Source of the DNA: Nitrospirota bacterium
GTDB taxonomy: Bacteria; Nitrospirota; UBA9217
Assembly (NCBI GenBank): GCA_963705595.1
Contig: CAVPKD010000004.1
Coordinates: 67,111 to 131,110 of the forward strand
Length of the DNA: 64,000 bases
Reading direction: 5' to 3'
The notes under the pieces were generated by a model. The model was not told the origin of the DNA. It did no database searches and was given only the letters and a program-made list of their open reading frames with translations. Each line of letters opens with the position of its first letter. The stretch's first letter is position 1. The position numbers and the translations under genes were made by a program. This document shows, piece after piece, positions 1 through 10,302 of the stretch.

Positions 1-1209
1 AAATCCCTTTCGTAGCGCCTGCCGAAACCGCCTCCCAGGAAGGTGGTGTGCACGTTTATCTGCTCCGGCTTTAAGCCCGTAATCTGCATCGCAGCCTCGA
101 GCACGCCTGATTGGTTCTGGGTCGGCGCCCAGATATCGCACCCGTCTGTACGCACGTGGGCCGTGCAGTTCATCGGCTCCATGGTCGCATGGGAAAGAAA
201 GGGCAGCTGGTACACTGATTCGATCCTCGTTGCGGCTGCCTTCAATGCGCTCGTCACATCGCCGTCATTCCGTGCAATGATGCCCTTAATTTCCAAGTGG
301 CTGACGAAATCCTTCTCAAGCGACTTCGTGTTCAGGTCGGCATGCCGTGCATTCTTCCAAACCGGTTTTAAGGCGTCCCGGCCTTTCCATGCAGCATCGA
401 TCGTATCAGCGCAGACGGCCATACCGCTGTGGATCGGCACGACGGCTCGGACGCCGGCCACTCCATGCGCGGCTTCTTTATTAAAGGAAACAAGGTCAGC
501 CTCGTAGGCAGGTGGCCGGACAATGGCTGCGTAGAGCATGCCGGGCACGAAGGAATCGATGCCGAACTGGGCTGTGCCGTTCACCTTATCATGCACGTCG
601 AACCGCGGGATCTCCTTACCAATGTACCGGAGCTGTTTTTCCGTCTTGAGTGAGGGGTTTTGCGGCACTTCAAGCTTCGCCGCCTCCTTTGTGAGCTGAC
701 CGTAGGTCAGCGATGCGGTTACTCTTGAGGTGCCGTACTTTGCCGAGATCGACAGCGCACTCCTTGACCGCTACGTTCCATTCACGGGCCGCTGCGATCA
801 GGAGCATTTCGCGTGCCGCGGCACCGGCCTTCCTGAGGGGCTCATGCATATGACGGATACTTGAACTGCCACCCGTGGCCTGGGTACCCCATTCCGGGTC
901 CTTGTAAGCATCGGCCGCAGGCGCAATCTCCATACGGACGTTCTTCCAGTCCGCATCGAGTTCGTCGGCAACGATCATTGGCAGCGAGGTATACACCCCC
1001 TGGCCCATCTCCGACTTGTTAACCACGACGATCACCGTATTATCGGGCAATATTTTTAGCCACGCGCTCGGCCGAAAGCTAAAGGGTTCTTTCTCCATCT
1101 CCGCCGCGGACAGCAACCGATATCCCAGGGGCGTCGCGGCAACGGCTATGCTGAGGCCCGTACCCGCGGTGATTTTCAGGAACTGTCTTCTAGTGATTGT
1201 CTTCTTCAT
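1..1209 (-). pseudogene. Molybdopterin-binding (beta) subunit of an IorB-like aldehyde/isoquinoline oxidoreductase (xanthine dehydrogenase family). The 3' end lies beyond the window edge. One apparent +1 frameshift near 710-716.
   Basis: Twin-arginine signal [18 protein letters not shown] starts at 1209. After the shift the minus frame stays open to position 1 and reads ...YQLPFLSHATMEPMNCTAHV...TFLGGGFGRR. The start overlaps the stop of the upstream 2Fe-2S gene. Confidence 0.8.
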
Positions 1210-1661
1210 GATCTGCTCCCTCCCTTCGAAGCGAGCCGGATCGCGCTCTTGATCTTCGAATAGGTACCGCACCTGCAGAGGTTGCCGTCCATGGCCTGCA
1301 GGATCTTCTCTTCCGAAGGATGGGGGTCTTCGGCAAGCAATGCCGCGGCCTGCATAATCTGACCCGTCTGGCAGTAGCCGCACTGCGGGACCTGTTCCTG
1401 GATCCATGCTTTCTTTATGGGGTGGCTTTCCGGAAGCCCTTCGATGGTCGTGATCTTCTTGCCCTGCGCATCGACTGCCGCAATCTGACAGGAGCGCTGC
1501 GCCTTGCCGTCAATGTGCACCGTGCACGACCCGCACATGCCGATGCCGCAGCCGTACTTTGTTCCTGTGAGCTTGAGCCGTTCGCGTATCACCCAAAGCA
1601 GGGGAACATCGGGCGCAACATCGACCTTATATGACTTGCCGTTGATCTCAAGACTTATCAT
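1206..1661 (-). CDS. (2Fe-2S)-binding small subunit of an IorA-like oxidoreductase
   Basis: Motifs [20 protein letters not shown] and NLCRCGTY. Start chosen at MISLEINGK, preceded by a GGAGG RBS. Coupled to the IorB-like gene. Confidence 0.85.
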   Translation of the reverse strand: MISLEINGKSYKVDVAPDVPLLWVIRERLKLTGTKYGCGIGMCGSCTVHIDGKAQRSCQIAAVDAQGKKITTIEGLPESHPIKKAWIQEQVPQCGYCQTGQIMQAAALLAEDPHPSEEKILQAMDGNLCRCGTYSKIKSAIRLASKGGSRS

Positions 1662-1959
1662 AGAGCACCTCCATGCCGGTCGTAAGACATTTCTGCCTAA
1701 AAGTCTGAAAATCATTCAAATGCAGTGGTGAGAGATACTGTTTGGCTGGTCATTGTCGCATGATAAAATCTTATCACCGGCAAGAAGAATGTCAAGAGGA
1801 GTGGCGGAAGGTCTTGTGCAGCCTAAGTATTAGGAGGCCAATTCAAGTCATTGTTATTACGAGCCAGCGGCGTAGCAATCCTGGCTGTTCATTTGCAGAA
1901 AGACAGGATTGCTTCAACACGGGAGCTCTTCGCAATACACGTCGCGGAGTTTATGTGAA

Positions 1960-2991
1960 TCAGTATTCATTAATTGCATCAATACAGCTCCGGAGCCGTC
2001 CGAAGTCCTTGCGGTTGAAATCCACTATGAGCCTCGAGAGATGGGCAATTTCCGGCTCATCGGCTTCTACAGGCAGCGGTCCTGAAAGCATGATGTCTCC
2101 CTGCGGCAGGAGGATGTCACGAAAACGCTCCTTGAGCCTCTGGATATTATGTGGTGCCAGGGCCGACGTGAGCCGGATCACGAGCAGCCCGTTGACATAC
2201 CGCATGCTATGGTAGCGGCTGTAAAAACGGTTGATATGCTTGACTGCAGCCTCCACGGAGTTGACCCTCTCGAAGAACGAGAAATCCGACGCGCCGATGT
2301 ATCCCCGCGCGAGCAGTTCTTCCTCGAGGAACCTGATCCATGCAGTCCAATAGGTGCCCCCCGGCTCGTCCACGAGCACGAGCGGCAGGGGATTGCGTTT
2401 GCCCGTCTGGACGAGCGTGAGCGTTTCCATGGCCTCGTCGAGCGTGCCGAAGCCGCCGGGGAAGAGCGCCACGGCGTCCGCTTCCTTGAGAAAAGCCACC
2501 TTGCGGTTAAAGAAGTATTTGTATGTGATGAGACGCGGGTTGCCCTCGAGCACGGGGTTCGGCTTCTGCTCGAAGGGAAGACGGATGTTCACGCCGAAGG
2601 AATGCTCAGGTCCGGCGCCTTCGTTCACGGCCTGCATGATGCCGCCCCCGCCACCGGTGATGACCATGTAGCCGGATTCGGCGAGTTTCGTGCCGAAGTC
2701 GCGCGCCATAGCGTACACCGGCTCATCGCGCTCCGTCCGCGCAGAGCCGAAGACCGTGACCTTGCGCACGTTCCGGTAGGGGCCGAAGATCTTCGACGTG
2801 AATCGCATCTCCTTGAGCGTGGTGTTCATGAGCTTGAGGTCCGCGCGCTCGTCGTCCTCCTGGCCGGCCTTGAGCGCGGCTATGATCATTTCGCGGACGT
2901 ATTCCGGACGATGGATGCCGTCGGCAGTCTGCATTAAACTGTCGATGCCCTCATCCACAGGGCCGTTGGTTCTGGTGAAGTGTAGTTTCAT
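1960..2991 (-). CDS. LOG/TIGR00730-family protein (PpnN-like nucleotide 5'-monophosphate nucleosidase) with a C-terminal extension
   Basis: 343-aa ORF with GGGGGIM and PGGFGTLDE motifs. AAGGAG RBS upstream of the ATG at 2991. Confidence 0.75.
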   Translation of the reverse strand: MKLHFTRTNGPVDEGIDSLMQTADGIHRPEYVREMIIAALKAGQEDDERADLKLMNTTLKEMRFTSKIFGPYRNVRKVTVFGSARTERDEPVYAMARDFGTKLAESGYMVITGGGGGIMQAVNEGAGPEHSFGVNIRLPFEQKPNPVLEGNPRLITYKYFFNRKVAFLKEADAVALFPGGFGTLDEAMETLTLVQTGKRNPLPLVLVDEPGGTYWTAWIRFLEEELLARGYIGASDFSFFERVNSVEAAVKHINRFYSRYHSMRYVNGLLVIRLTSALAPHNIQRLKERFRDILLPQGDIMLSGPLPVEADEPEIAHLSRLIVDFNRKDFGRLRSCIDAINEY

Positions 2992-3411
2992 GGTAGCTGT
3001 TACGCTCCTTAAAATGAGATGATGCCGGAATGCATATTAAGGCATTTTATGGTTTTTGTCGAGAAAAGAAGAGGATTGAACACCCCCTTTTAAAAAAGGG
3101 GGAGTGAAGGGGATTGCGGTAGTCTCGCGCAGAGGCACAGATGACGCGAGGGGGAGACGCTCATCCTCTGATTTACATGCGAATCAAGTGACCATGTCAA
3201 TTTTTTTGCCATTAGAGAAGACATCGATCTGGCATCCGGCATCTGTCCCTCTGGATTACAAAAAGAGTTAAAGCTATTCTCTTCATAAAGGTGTATAGTG
3301 CAGTTGCCTGAGAAGCGTAGATTCATATGCTTTCCGAATCCACCTCTCTTCTTGAGCACTTTCACAATAAAACGTGACGAATCAAATGCTGAGCAGGAAC
3401 AAGGGGGTACA

Positions 3412-3819
3412 ATGCTGGAAAAGTATACGGCAGGGCAAGACATTGCGTCCTATTGTACGAGGTGCAAGTTGAACCGCGACCATACCATTATGGCAATGGA
3501 TGGAGCGGACATAGCCAAGGTGAGATGTAAAAACTGCGGCAGTACCCACAAATTCAAGAATCCCTCCGACGCCCCAAAAGTCCGGTTGCCGAGAACGAAA
3601 AAGCTGGGCGGCGCTGACGCTACGGCAGAAATCATCTGGGAGGCCGGTATGGCAGCAGCAAAAGGGAAAGAACATGTTTACAGCATGGCTGCGAAATACC
3701 ACGTCGGCGACATTGTCCTTCACCATACGTTCGGCAAAGGTATCGTGCTAAAGCTCTACATGAATAAGTGCGACATGCTTTTCAAGGACAGGGAGCGACT
3801 GATGGCCTCTGCCAATTAA
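3412..3819 (+). CDS. Hypothetical zinc-ribbon protein
   Basis: Internal ATG of ORF 3298..3819 preceded by AAGGGGG. Two CxxC pairs (CTRC, CKNC). C-terminal GDIVLHHTFGKGIV Tudor/SH3-like motif. Confidence 0.55.
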   Translation: MLEKYTAGQDIASYCTRCKLNRDHTIMAMDGADIAKVRCKNCGSTHKFKNPSDAPKVRLPRTKKLGGADATAEIIWEAGMAAAKGKEHVYSMAAKYHVGDIVLHHTFGKGIVLKLYMNKCDMLFKDRERLMASAN

Positions 3820-4327
3820 TACGAATGCAGGTATTATTGTGTCATGGCGAGGAGCGGGTCCCTCGTTTGCCATCGCGATGCGCCGCCGAAACAATCTCAA
3901 GCCCCTGTACAGGTTCCGTAATTTTATGTGGTAACGACGGGATTATGGCCCCAGCAGCCACTTTCCACGCTCTTGATGGTCGCTCGCGATGACAGCGTAA
4001 CAGCAAAGAACACGCAGGCTGCAATATTCAGTACATGCATCCGGCATCTGTTCTCAGTTTCATGACCCTTACCCCGGGACCCCGACTTTTCCTCATACCC
4101 TCGACACACATCGTTCTTTTCTCCTTTATCTCGGTGTTAAATTCAATTATACTCATATCATAATCATCAACAATGTAAGGTTTTTTCCCTGCTGCTTATA
4201 GCCTAGCCGGGAGTTTGCCGGTAAGAGAATGGATCACTATGAGTAGCCATCAGCATACAACGCTATCAAAAATGCCGATACGTTGATGAAACGCTTCATA
4301 CCCATGAATTCCTGAGAGGATTGCGTC

Positions 4328-6877
4328 ATGACCGGTTCTCCTTCCGAGAAGGAATCTGCATTCTGGCAACAATCCGTTCCGGAGCTGTTAAGTCACTTGA
4401 GCACGACCGAAACCGGTCTCACCACTAACGAGGCAGCTGACCGGCTGAGGCGAATCGGCCCGAACATTCTGCGCCCGCCGAGGAAGCGGGCGCTGCTCCT
4501 CCAGTTCCTCTCCAGGTTCAAAAACCCCCTCGTCATTATCCTCCTCATCGCCAGCGCGGTGTCCGCTTTCACGGGCGATGTGACCAGCTTTCTGATCATC
4601 AGCGCCATCGTCATCATGAGCGTGACCCTGGATTTCATCCAGGAGCACCGTGCAGGAAAAGCAGCGGATGCTTTGCGCCAGTCAGTGGCCATCCGTGTGC
4701 AGGCGCTTCGTGACAACAAGAGCCGTGACATTCCCGTCGCGGAACTTGTGCCGGGGGATATCGTAGTGCTTGCAGCAGGCAATCTCGTTCCCGGAGACGG
4801 ACGGGTGCTAACGGCAAAGGATTTCTTCGTGAATCAGGCGCTTTTGACCGGAGAATCCTATCCTTTGGAAAAGGTCCCCCACAATCTGCCCGATGCCGGA
4901 CAGGCCATGGCCGATGCAATAAACTCCGTGTTCATGGGCACCTCGGTCGTGAGTGGCTCTGCCACGGTGCTCATCTGCCGCACCGGGACGGACACGGCTT
5001 TGGGAGAGATCGCCGATACCCTGTTGCTCAAGGCCCCGCCCACATCCTTTGAGCAGGGCACCCAGCGCTTCGGCATGCTTATCATGCGATTCACGATTCT
5101 CCTCGTTCTTTTTGTACTGCTCATCAATGCCTTCTTCCACCGCCCATGGCTCGAATCATTCCTCTTTGCCGTTGCGCTCGCAGTTGGCCTGACCCCCGAG
5201 CTCCTCCCCATGATCGTTTCCGTGACCCTGGCGCGGGGCGCAATGCGAATGGCAAAGAAGAAGGTGATCGTCAAAAGGCTCGAATCCATCCAGAACCTCG
5301 GGAGCATGGATGTGCTCTGCACGGACAAGACCGGCACGCTCACCGAGGCGCGTATCCGGCTGGAGCGCCACGTGGACGGCTTCGGACACGACAGCAGCCG
5401 GGTCCTTGAACTGGCCTATTTGAACAGCTTCTTCGAGACCGGATTGAAGAGCCCGATGGATGATGCCATTCTCGAGCACAAGGGCATAGACGCAACGGCC
5501 TGGCGCAAGATCGACGAGGTCCCTTTCGATTTTGAGCGACGCCGGGTTTCCGTGCTCGTCGATAATGGCAAGGAGAGGCTCCTCGTAGTCAAGGGCGCTC
5601 CTGAGGATATCCTGCGCCTCTGCGTCCACTGTGAGGAAAAGGCCGAAGAGAGTCCTAATCCAATGGACGAGGCAACGCTTTCCCGGATCCAGGCGCTCTA
5701 CGAAGAACTTGGGCGCGATGGTTTCCGGGTGCTGGGGATCGCCTGGAGGCGGGAGGGGCCCGATTATCCTCACGCAGTCGTTAGTGACGAAACTGAACTA
5801 GTCTTTGCCGGCCTCGCCGCGTTTCTCGATCCGCCGAAGGAGAGCGCAGCAGAGGCGTTGTCCGCACTAGCCGGCGTGGGCGTGACAGTCAAGGTCGTGA
5901 CCGGCGACAACGAGATCGTGACCAGGCATATCTGCGAGAAGCTGGGCCTGCCAATTACCGGGGTGCTGACCGGCACGGAAATTCAAGGAATGGATGATTA
6001 CGCATTGCAGGCGCGGGCAGAGGACGTGAACCTGTTCTGTAGGGTCAACCCCGCGCAGAAGAACCGCGTCATCCTCGCCCTGAAGCGCCGCGGCCGCGTG
6101 GTCGGGTATCTGGGAGACGGGATCAATGACGCGCCTCCCCTCCATTCCGCGGACATCGGCATTTCCGTGGACAGCGCCGTGGACGTGGCAAAGGGAGCGG
6201 CGGAGATGATCCTTCTGGAGCGGGACCTGAACGTTCTCTACGAAGGAGTGCTCGAAGGCCGGCGCACCTTCGGAAATATCATGAAATACATTATGATGGG
6301 AACGAGCTCGAACTTCGGCAACATGTTCAGCATGGCCGGGGCAACCCTCTTCATTCCCTTTCTTCCCATGCTCCCGGTTCAGATTCTGCTGAATAACCTC
6401 CTGTACGATGTTTCCGAGATTCCCATCCCGCTTGACAGCGTGGATGAAGAATATCTTGCCCATCCCCGACACTGGGACATGAAGTTCATCCGCAACTTCA
6501 TGCTAACGGTGGGGCCAGTCAGCTCGATTTTCGACTTCCTCACCTTTTTCGTCATGCTGCACGTGTTCCATGCTGGTGAGAAGCTATTCCACACCGGCTG
6601 GTTCGTCGAATCCATGGCTACCCAGATACTCGTCATCTTCATCATCCGCACGCGCCGAAACCCGTTTAAAAGTCGTCCGAGCTTCTGGCTTACCCTGTGT
6701 TCCCTTACGGTCGTAGTGATGGCCGTGTTTTTTCCCTACACACCTCTCGGCAGGTACTTCGGCTTTGTGCCGCCGCCATTAGCGTTCTATCTGATCCTTG
6801 CCGGTCTCGTGTTGTTCTACCTCTTTGCCGTGGAAGGGATCAAACAGTGGTTTTTCCGCCGCTTTGCTGCACAGTAA
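4328..6877 (+). CDS. mgtA: Magnesium-translocating P-type ATPase
   Basis: 849 aa with TGES, DKTGTLT and GDGINDAP motifs plus N- and C-terminal TM segments typical of MgtA/MgtB. Confidence 0.9.
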   Translation: MTGSPSEKESAFWQQSVPELLSHLSTTETGLTTNEAADRLRRIGPNILRPPRKRALLLQFLSRFKNPLVIILLIASAVSAFTGDVTSFLIISAIVIMSVTLDFIQEHRAGKAADALRQSVAIRVQALRDNKSRDIPVAELVPGDIVVLAAGNLVPGDGRVLTAKDFFVNQALLTGESYPLEKVPHNLPDAGQAMADAINSVFMGTSVVSGSATVLICRTGTDTALGEIADTLLLKAPPTSFEQGTQRFGMLIMRFTILLVLFVLLINAFFHRPWLESFLFAVALAVGLTPELLPMIVSVTLARGAMRMAKKKVIVKRLESIQNLGSMDVLCTDKTGTLTEARIRLERHVDGFGHDSSRVLELAYLNSFFETGLKSPMDDAILEHKGIDATAWRKIDEVPFDFERRRVSVLVDNGKERLLVVKGAPEDILRLCVHCEEKAEESPNPMDEATLSRIQALYEELGRDGFRVLGIAWRREGPDYPHAVVSDETELVFAGLAAFLDPPKESAAEALSALAGVGVTVKVVTGDNEIVTRHICEKLGLPITGVLTGTEIQGMDDYALQARAEDVNLFCRVNPAQKNRVILALKRRGRVVGYLGDGINDAPPLHSADIGISVDSAVDVAKGAAEMILLERDLNVLYEGVLEGRRTFGNIMKYIMMGTSSNFGNMFSMAGATLFIPFLPMLPVQILLNNLLYDVSEIPIPLDSVDEEYLAHPRHWDMKFIRNFMLTVGPVSSIFDFLTFFVMLHVFHAGEKLFHTGWFVESMATQILVIFIIRTRRNPFKSRPSFWLTLCSLTVVVMAVFFPYTPLGRYFGFVPPPLAFYLILAGLVLFYLFAVEGIKQWFFRRFAAQ

Positions 6878-6962
6878 TAAAAAGCAAAGAACAGGGAAAA
6901 AATATTGACCACGGAGGCACGGAGAAAATCTGCGGCACTGATAGACGAGGAATGATGCGACA

Positions 6963-7496
6963 ATGGCTGGAAAACCCTCCAATATCGTTCTGATCGGGAT
7001 GCCCGGCTCAGGCAAGAGCACCGTCGGCGTCATTCTGGCCAAGCTGACGGGGCGGGACTTCGTTGATACCGATGTCCTTATCCAGACGCAGCAAGGCCGG
7101 GCCTTGCAGGACATCGTCGACCGGGACGGTTACGTGGCCCTGCGCGCCATCGAGGGGAAAATCCTTCTCGCTCTCGACTGCCGCAATCACGTCATCGCTA
7201 CCGGCGGCAGCGCCGTGTACTGCCATGCTGCAATGACGCACTTGAAGTCTGGCGGCATCGTTGTCTTTCTCGATGTGGACCTGCAGACCCTGGAAGAGAG
7301 AGTTCATGACTATGAGACCAGAGGTCTTGCAAAGCGTCCGGACCAGAGCGTGACGGATCTGTTTGCGGAGCGGTCCGCCTTATACCGGCAATATGCGGAC
7401 GTCACCATCGACTGCGTTGGATTAAGCCATGAAGAGGTCTGCGCGAAAATCATCGAAGGTCTGAAGAAGATGGAACGAAAAGGCCGTGCGCAATGA
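6963..7496 (+). CDS. aroK: Shikimate kinase
   Basis: P-loop GMPGSGKST, DTD motif and GGS motif. 177 aa. Confidence 0.85.
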   Translation: MAGKPSNIVLIGMPGSGKSTVGVILAKLTGRDFVDTDVLIQTQQGRALQDIVDRDGYVALRAIEGKILLALDCRNHVIATGGSAVYCHAAMTHLKSGGIVVFLDVDLQTLEERVHDYETRGLAKRPDQSVTDLFAERSALYRQYADVTIDCVGLSHEEVCAKIIEGLKKMERKGRAQ

Positions 7497-7552
7497 CGAT
7501 TTCCCTAAGCGAATGCTCTTGATATTGTCTCCCGCATCCGGCATAATGCAAG

Positions 7553-9133
7553 ATGCTCCTTATTTCCCCACCAATTGGAAAGCCCTGTGAGCCGCCGGCA
7601 GGCATAGCCAAACTTGCTGGCGCGTTGCACGCGCACGGCATCTCTTGCTGCTTACTGGATGCGAACCTCGAGGGCCTTCTGTATCTTCTGGAGCAACCAC
7701 AGAGAGCGTCGGACATATGGACCCGCAGGGCAGTCCGAAATGTTTCAAAAAATATTGCCGCGATCCGGGACCCCCAGACCTACTGTTTTCTTGACCGCTA
7801 CAGCCGGGCAGTCAAGGATGTGAACCGTGTTCTCGCCGTATCCGCCAAAGACAGCGGCGTAATCGTGGGTCTCGCCGATTATCAGCATCGGCACCTGTTG
7901 CCCCTGCGGATAGCTGATCTTATCCATGCAGCGGACCATCCGGAGCAAAACCCGTTCTATCACTATTTCAGCAAGCGACTGCATGAGATACTTGAAAATA
8001 AAAGCTCAACGCGAAGGCGCGAAGAACGCGAAGGGAACCATGATGACCGGGATGAGGATAACCAGAGGAGCAAACACTTTATTGGATTTTCTTTGAACTA
8101 TCTAAGCCAAGCGCTCTGCACGTTCGCCATGATCGGATACATAAGAAAGGAATTACCCGGCCTGAAGATTGTCCTCGGCGGGGGGCTGGCGAGTACCTGG
8201 ATGAAAAGACCCGGCTGGAAGAATCCCTTTGGCGACCTCATTGATCACCTTATCGCAGGTCCGGGTGAGTATCCCTTGCTCGACCTGCTTGGCGTTAAAA
8301 GTGCGAAGCACTTTCACTATACGCCGGATTATGAATCCCTGCCGATTCATGACTGTCTTGCGCCGGGATTCATTCTCCCCTACAGCGGAGCGAGCGGCTG
8401 TTATTGGAGTAAGTGTTCATTCTGTCCTGAAACAGCCGAGGAAAATCCTTATGTCCCCGTTCCCGCAGAACAGGCGATGGCTGATATCAATGCCTTGATT
8501 GTAAAACACAAGCCCGTCCTGCTCCATCTGCTCGACAACTCTGTGAGCCCCGTGATCATGCGTGCGCTTGCCGAAAATCCAATTGGTGTCCCGTGGTACG
8601 GGTTTGCGAGGATAAGCCAGGAACTCGCGGACAGCGATTTTTGCATGCAGCTCAAACGATCGGGATGCGTGATGCTGAAACTCGGACTGGAATCGGGAGA
8701 CCAAGGGGTGCTCGACGCAATGCAGAAGGGGATCGATCTTGAGACGGCGTCGCAGGTTTTGAAGAGCCTGAAGAAAGCCGGGATCGCCACGTACCTCTAT
8801 CTTTTGTTCGGCACCCCTGTCGAAACTGTGACGGAAGCGCGGAAGACGCTAGAGTTTGTTCTGCAGCACGCGGACGCAATCACGTTCCTGAACCTCGCGA
8901 TCTTCAATATGCCCGTGTGCGGCAAGGAGGCAGGAGAGTACGAGACCGAGCAGTTCTATGAAGGGGACCTTTCCCTCTATACCGGCTTCCGGCATCCCCG
9001 CGGATGGGACCGCAAAGAGGTACGGCAGTTCCTGGACAATGAATTCAAAAGGGACCCTGCTGTTTCATTGATCCTGAAAAAGGATCCCCCCGTATTCACC
9101 TCCAACCACGCTGCCTTTTTTACGAAACCATGA
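7553..9133 (+). CDS. B12-binding-domain radical SAM protein
   Basis: N-terminal Rossmann-like MLLISPP...LDANLE, then cluster motif GCYWSKCSFCPE. 526 aa. Contains a charged low-complexity insert, SSTRRREEREGNHDDRDEDNQRSK. Confidence 0.8.
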   Translation: MLLISPPIGKPCEPPAGIAKLAGALHAHGISCCLLDANLEGLLYLLEQPQRASDIWTRRAVRNVSKNIAAIRDPQTYCFLDRYSRAVKDVNRVLAVSAKDSGVIVGLADYQHRHLLPLRIADLIHAADHPEQNPFYHYFSKRLHEILENKSSTRRREEREGNHDDRDEDNQRSKHFIGFSLNYLSQALCTFAMIGYIRKELPGLKIVLGGGLASTWMKRPGWKNPFGDLIDHLIAGPGEYPLLDLLGVKSAKHFHYTPDYESLPIHDCLAPGFILPYSGASGCYWSKCSFCPETAEENPYVPVPAEQAMADINALIVKHKPVLLHLLDNSVSPVIMRALAENPIGVPWYGFARISQELADSDFCMQLKRSGCVMLKLGLESGDQGVLDAMQKGIDLETASQVLKSLKKAGIATYLYLLFGTPVETVTEARKTLEFVLQHADAITFLNLAIFNMPVCGKEAGEYETEQFYEGDLSLYTGFRHPRGWDRKEVRQFLDNEFKRDPAVSLILKKDPPVFTSNHAAFFTKP

Positions 9134-9357
9134 CAGAACGAGATAGGTCTCGCTTCTCGCAAATCAAAATGTTTGCATAACAGTGAATGCATATGTGTTT
9201 GCATTCGCTTCTCCGGCATGGTAAAGTTTAAATCGCAATCGGGATGAAAGGATAAGCCCTCCAGTTCAATGGGTTCTCCTGGAGACGGCCGAGCGCAGAT
9301 CCCGTGCTGGATGAGCGTTTATCGGTGAGCATGCAACAACATCGCGGTAGTCCTGGG

Positions 9358-9939
9358 ATGAAGAAGATCATAAAACGATGCGCATGGGTGTCAGACGATC
9401 CTCTGATGATCGCGTACCATGATAGAGAGTGGGGCGTACCTCTTCATAATGACAGAAAACTGTTCGAATTATTGATCCTGGAGGGCGCACAAGCAGGGCT
9501 CGCGTGGGTGACGGTGCTTAGAAAGCGCGAAAACTTCCGTAAGGCCTTTCATGGATTTGATTCAGCCGTTATTGCGCGCTATAGCAACAACAACGTAAAG
9601 CGTCTCCTCGACGACCCGGGCATCATTCGCAATCGGCTGAAGATCGAGGCAGCGATCATAAATGCAAAAAAATTTCTTGAAGTCCAGAACGAGTTCGGAT
9701 CATTTCATAAATACATCTGGCAGTTTACCGGCGGCAAACCGATCAGACATAAATTTAAGTCTCCTGCAGAGATACCATCCACCACTGAAGAATCTGATGC
9801 CATGAGTAGAGACTTGCGTAGACGAGGCTTCAAGTTTGTGGGGTCTACCATTTGCTATGCCTTCATGCAAGCAGCAGGGATGGTAAATGACCATACGACT
9901 GATTGTTTCAGGTACAAGGCGGTGTATCTTGCCGAGTGA
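9358..9939 (+). CDS. tag: DNA-3-methyladenine glycosylase I
   Basis: MKKIIKRCAWVSDDPLMIAYHDREWGVP...EGAQAGLAW...GSTICYAFMQAAGMVNDH, the classic Tag signature. Start is an internal ATG of ORF 9304..9939. Confidence 0.9.
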   Translation: MKKIIKRCAWVSDDPLMIAYHDREWGVPLHNDRKLFELLILEGAQAGLAWVTVLRKRENFRKAFHGFDSAVIARYSNNNVKRLLDDPGIIRNRLKIEAAIINAKKFLEVQNEFGSFHKYIWQFTGGKPIRHKFKSPAEIPSTTEESDAMSRDLRRRGFKFVGSTICYAFMQAAGMVNDHTTDCFRYKAVYLAE

Positions 9940-9949
9940 TGTTGAACAA

Positions 9950-10090
9950 GCCGGTGAATGATCCAACCTTCAAGCTATTGGGGAAGTATTTCAACGATGA
10001 ATTCAAGGGGCATCCTGCTGTGTCATGGATTCCGAAAAATGATACCCCCACGTTCACTTCCAACCACGCTGCGTTTTTCTCGCCCCGTTT
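9950..10090 (+). pseudogene. Decayed copy of the 3' end of a radical SAM gene (paralogue of 7553..9133)
   Basis: Reads ...YFNDEFKGHPAVSWIPKNDTPTFTSNHAAFF, against ...FLDNEFKRDPAVSLILKKDPPVFTSNHAAFFTKP* at 9020-9133. About 75% nt identity over ~85 nt by hand alignment. No upstream coding partner. Confidence 0.6.
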
Positions 10091-10302
10091 GAAGTCATTG
10101 ATCAATTTTTGCATAGGTAATCTGTTGCGCCACATGAGAGCTTCTCTCTCTGACGAGGGGAACTGTGCACTCTGAATTTCCTCTCGTCCGAGAGATCTGG
10201 ATGACCCTGGCCCTGTCTTTCATACCCCACAAATTACCTCACCGACAGTCCGGCTCTTTTTCCTATTGAAAAAACCCGTATTTTGTAATACATTATAGAG
10301 CT

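Noticed and set aside
43-653. Plus-strand ORFs of 154 aa and 74 aa at the window start
   Set aside because: They lie antisense to a continuous, motif-rich IorB-like minus-strand frame (PFLSHATMEPMNCTA, GGGFGRR). They are shadow ORFs in GC-rich DNA.
2149-2937. Long antisense ORFs inside GC-rich genes, for example 2149..2937 (+) opposite the LOG gene. Others of the same kind: 5156..5773, 18509..19483, 19794..20579, 23489..24565 and 62677..63165.
   Set aside because: Their translations are low-complexity and Arg/Pro/Gly-rich with no motifs. In every case the opposite strand carries a recognisable protein.
3083-3102. Perfect palindrome CCCCCTTTTAAAAAAGGGGG between divergent genes, as a member of the hairpin repeat family
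   Set aside because: It shares only the CCCC/GGGG design with 59801-59822 and has no flanking homology. It may simply be a bidirectional operator or hairpin. The evidence is insufficient.
3990-4327. M-box/Mg2+ riboswitch or mgtL-like leader upstream of mgtA
   Set aside because: I could find no M-box core sequence and no proline-rich leader peptide. The region is merely AT-rich.
4328-6877. High local G+C as the explanation for the frameshift patches
   Set aside because: Hand counts show that intact genes are just as GC-rich. Line 23761-23820 in folC has 37/60 G+C, and mgtA lines near 6061 are similar. G+C alone does not predict where the shifts occur.
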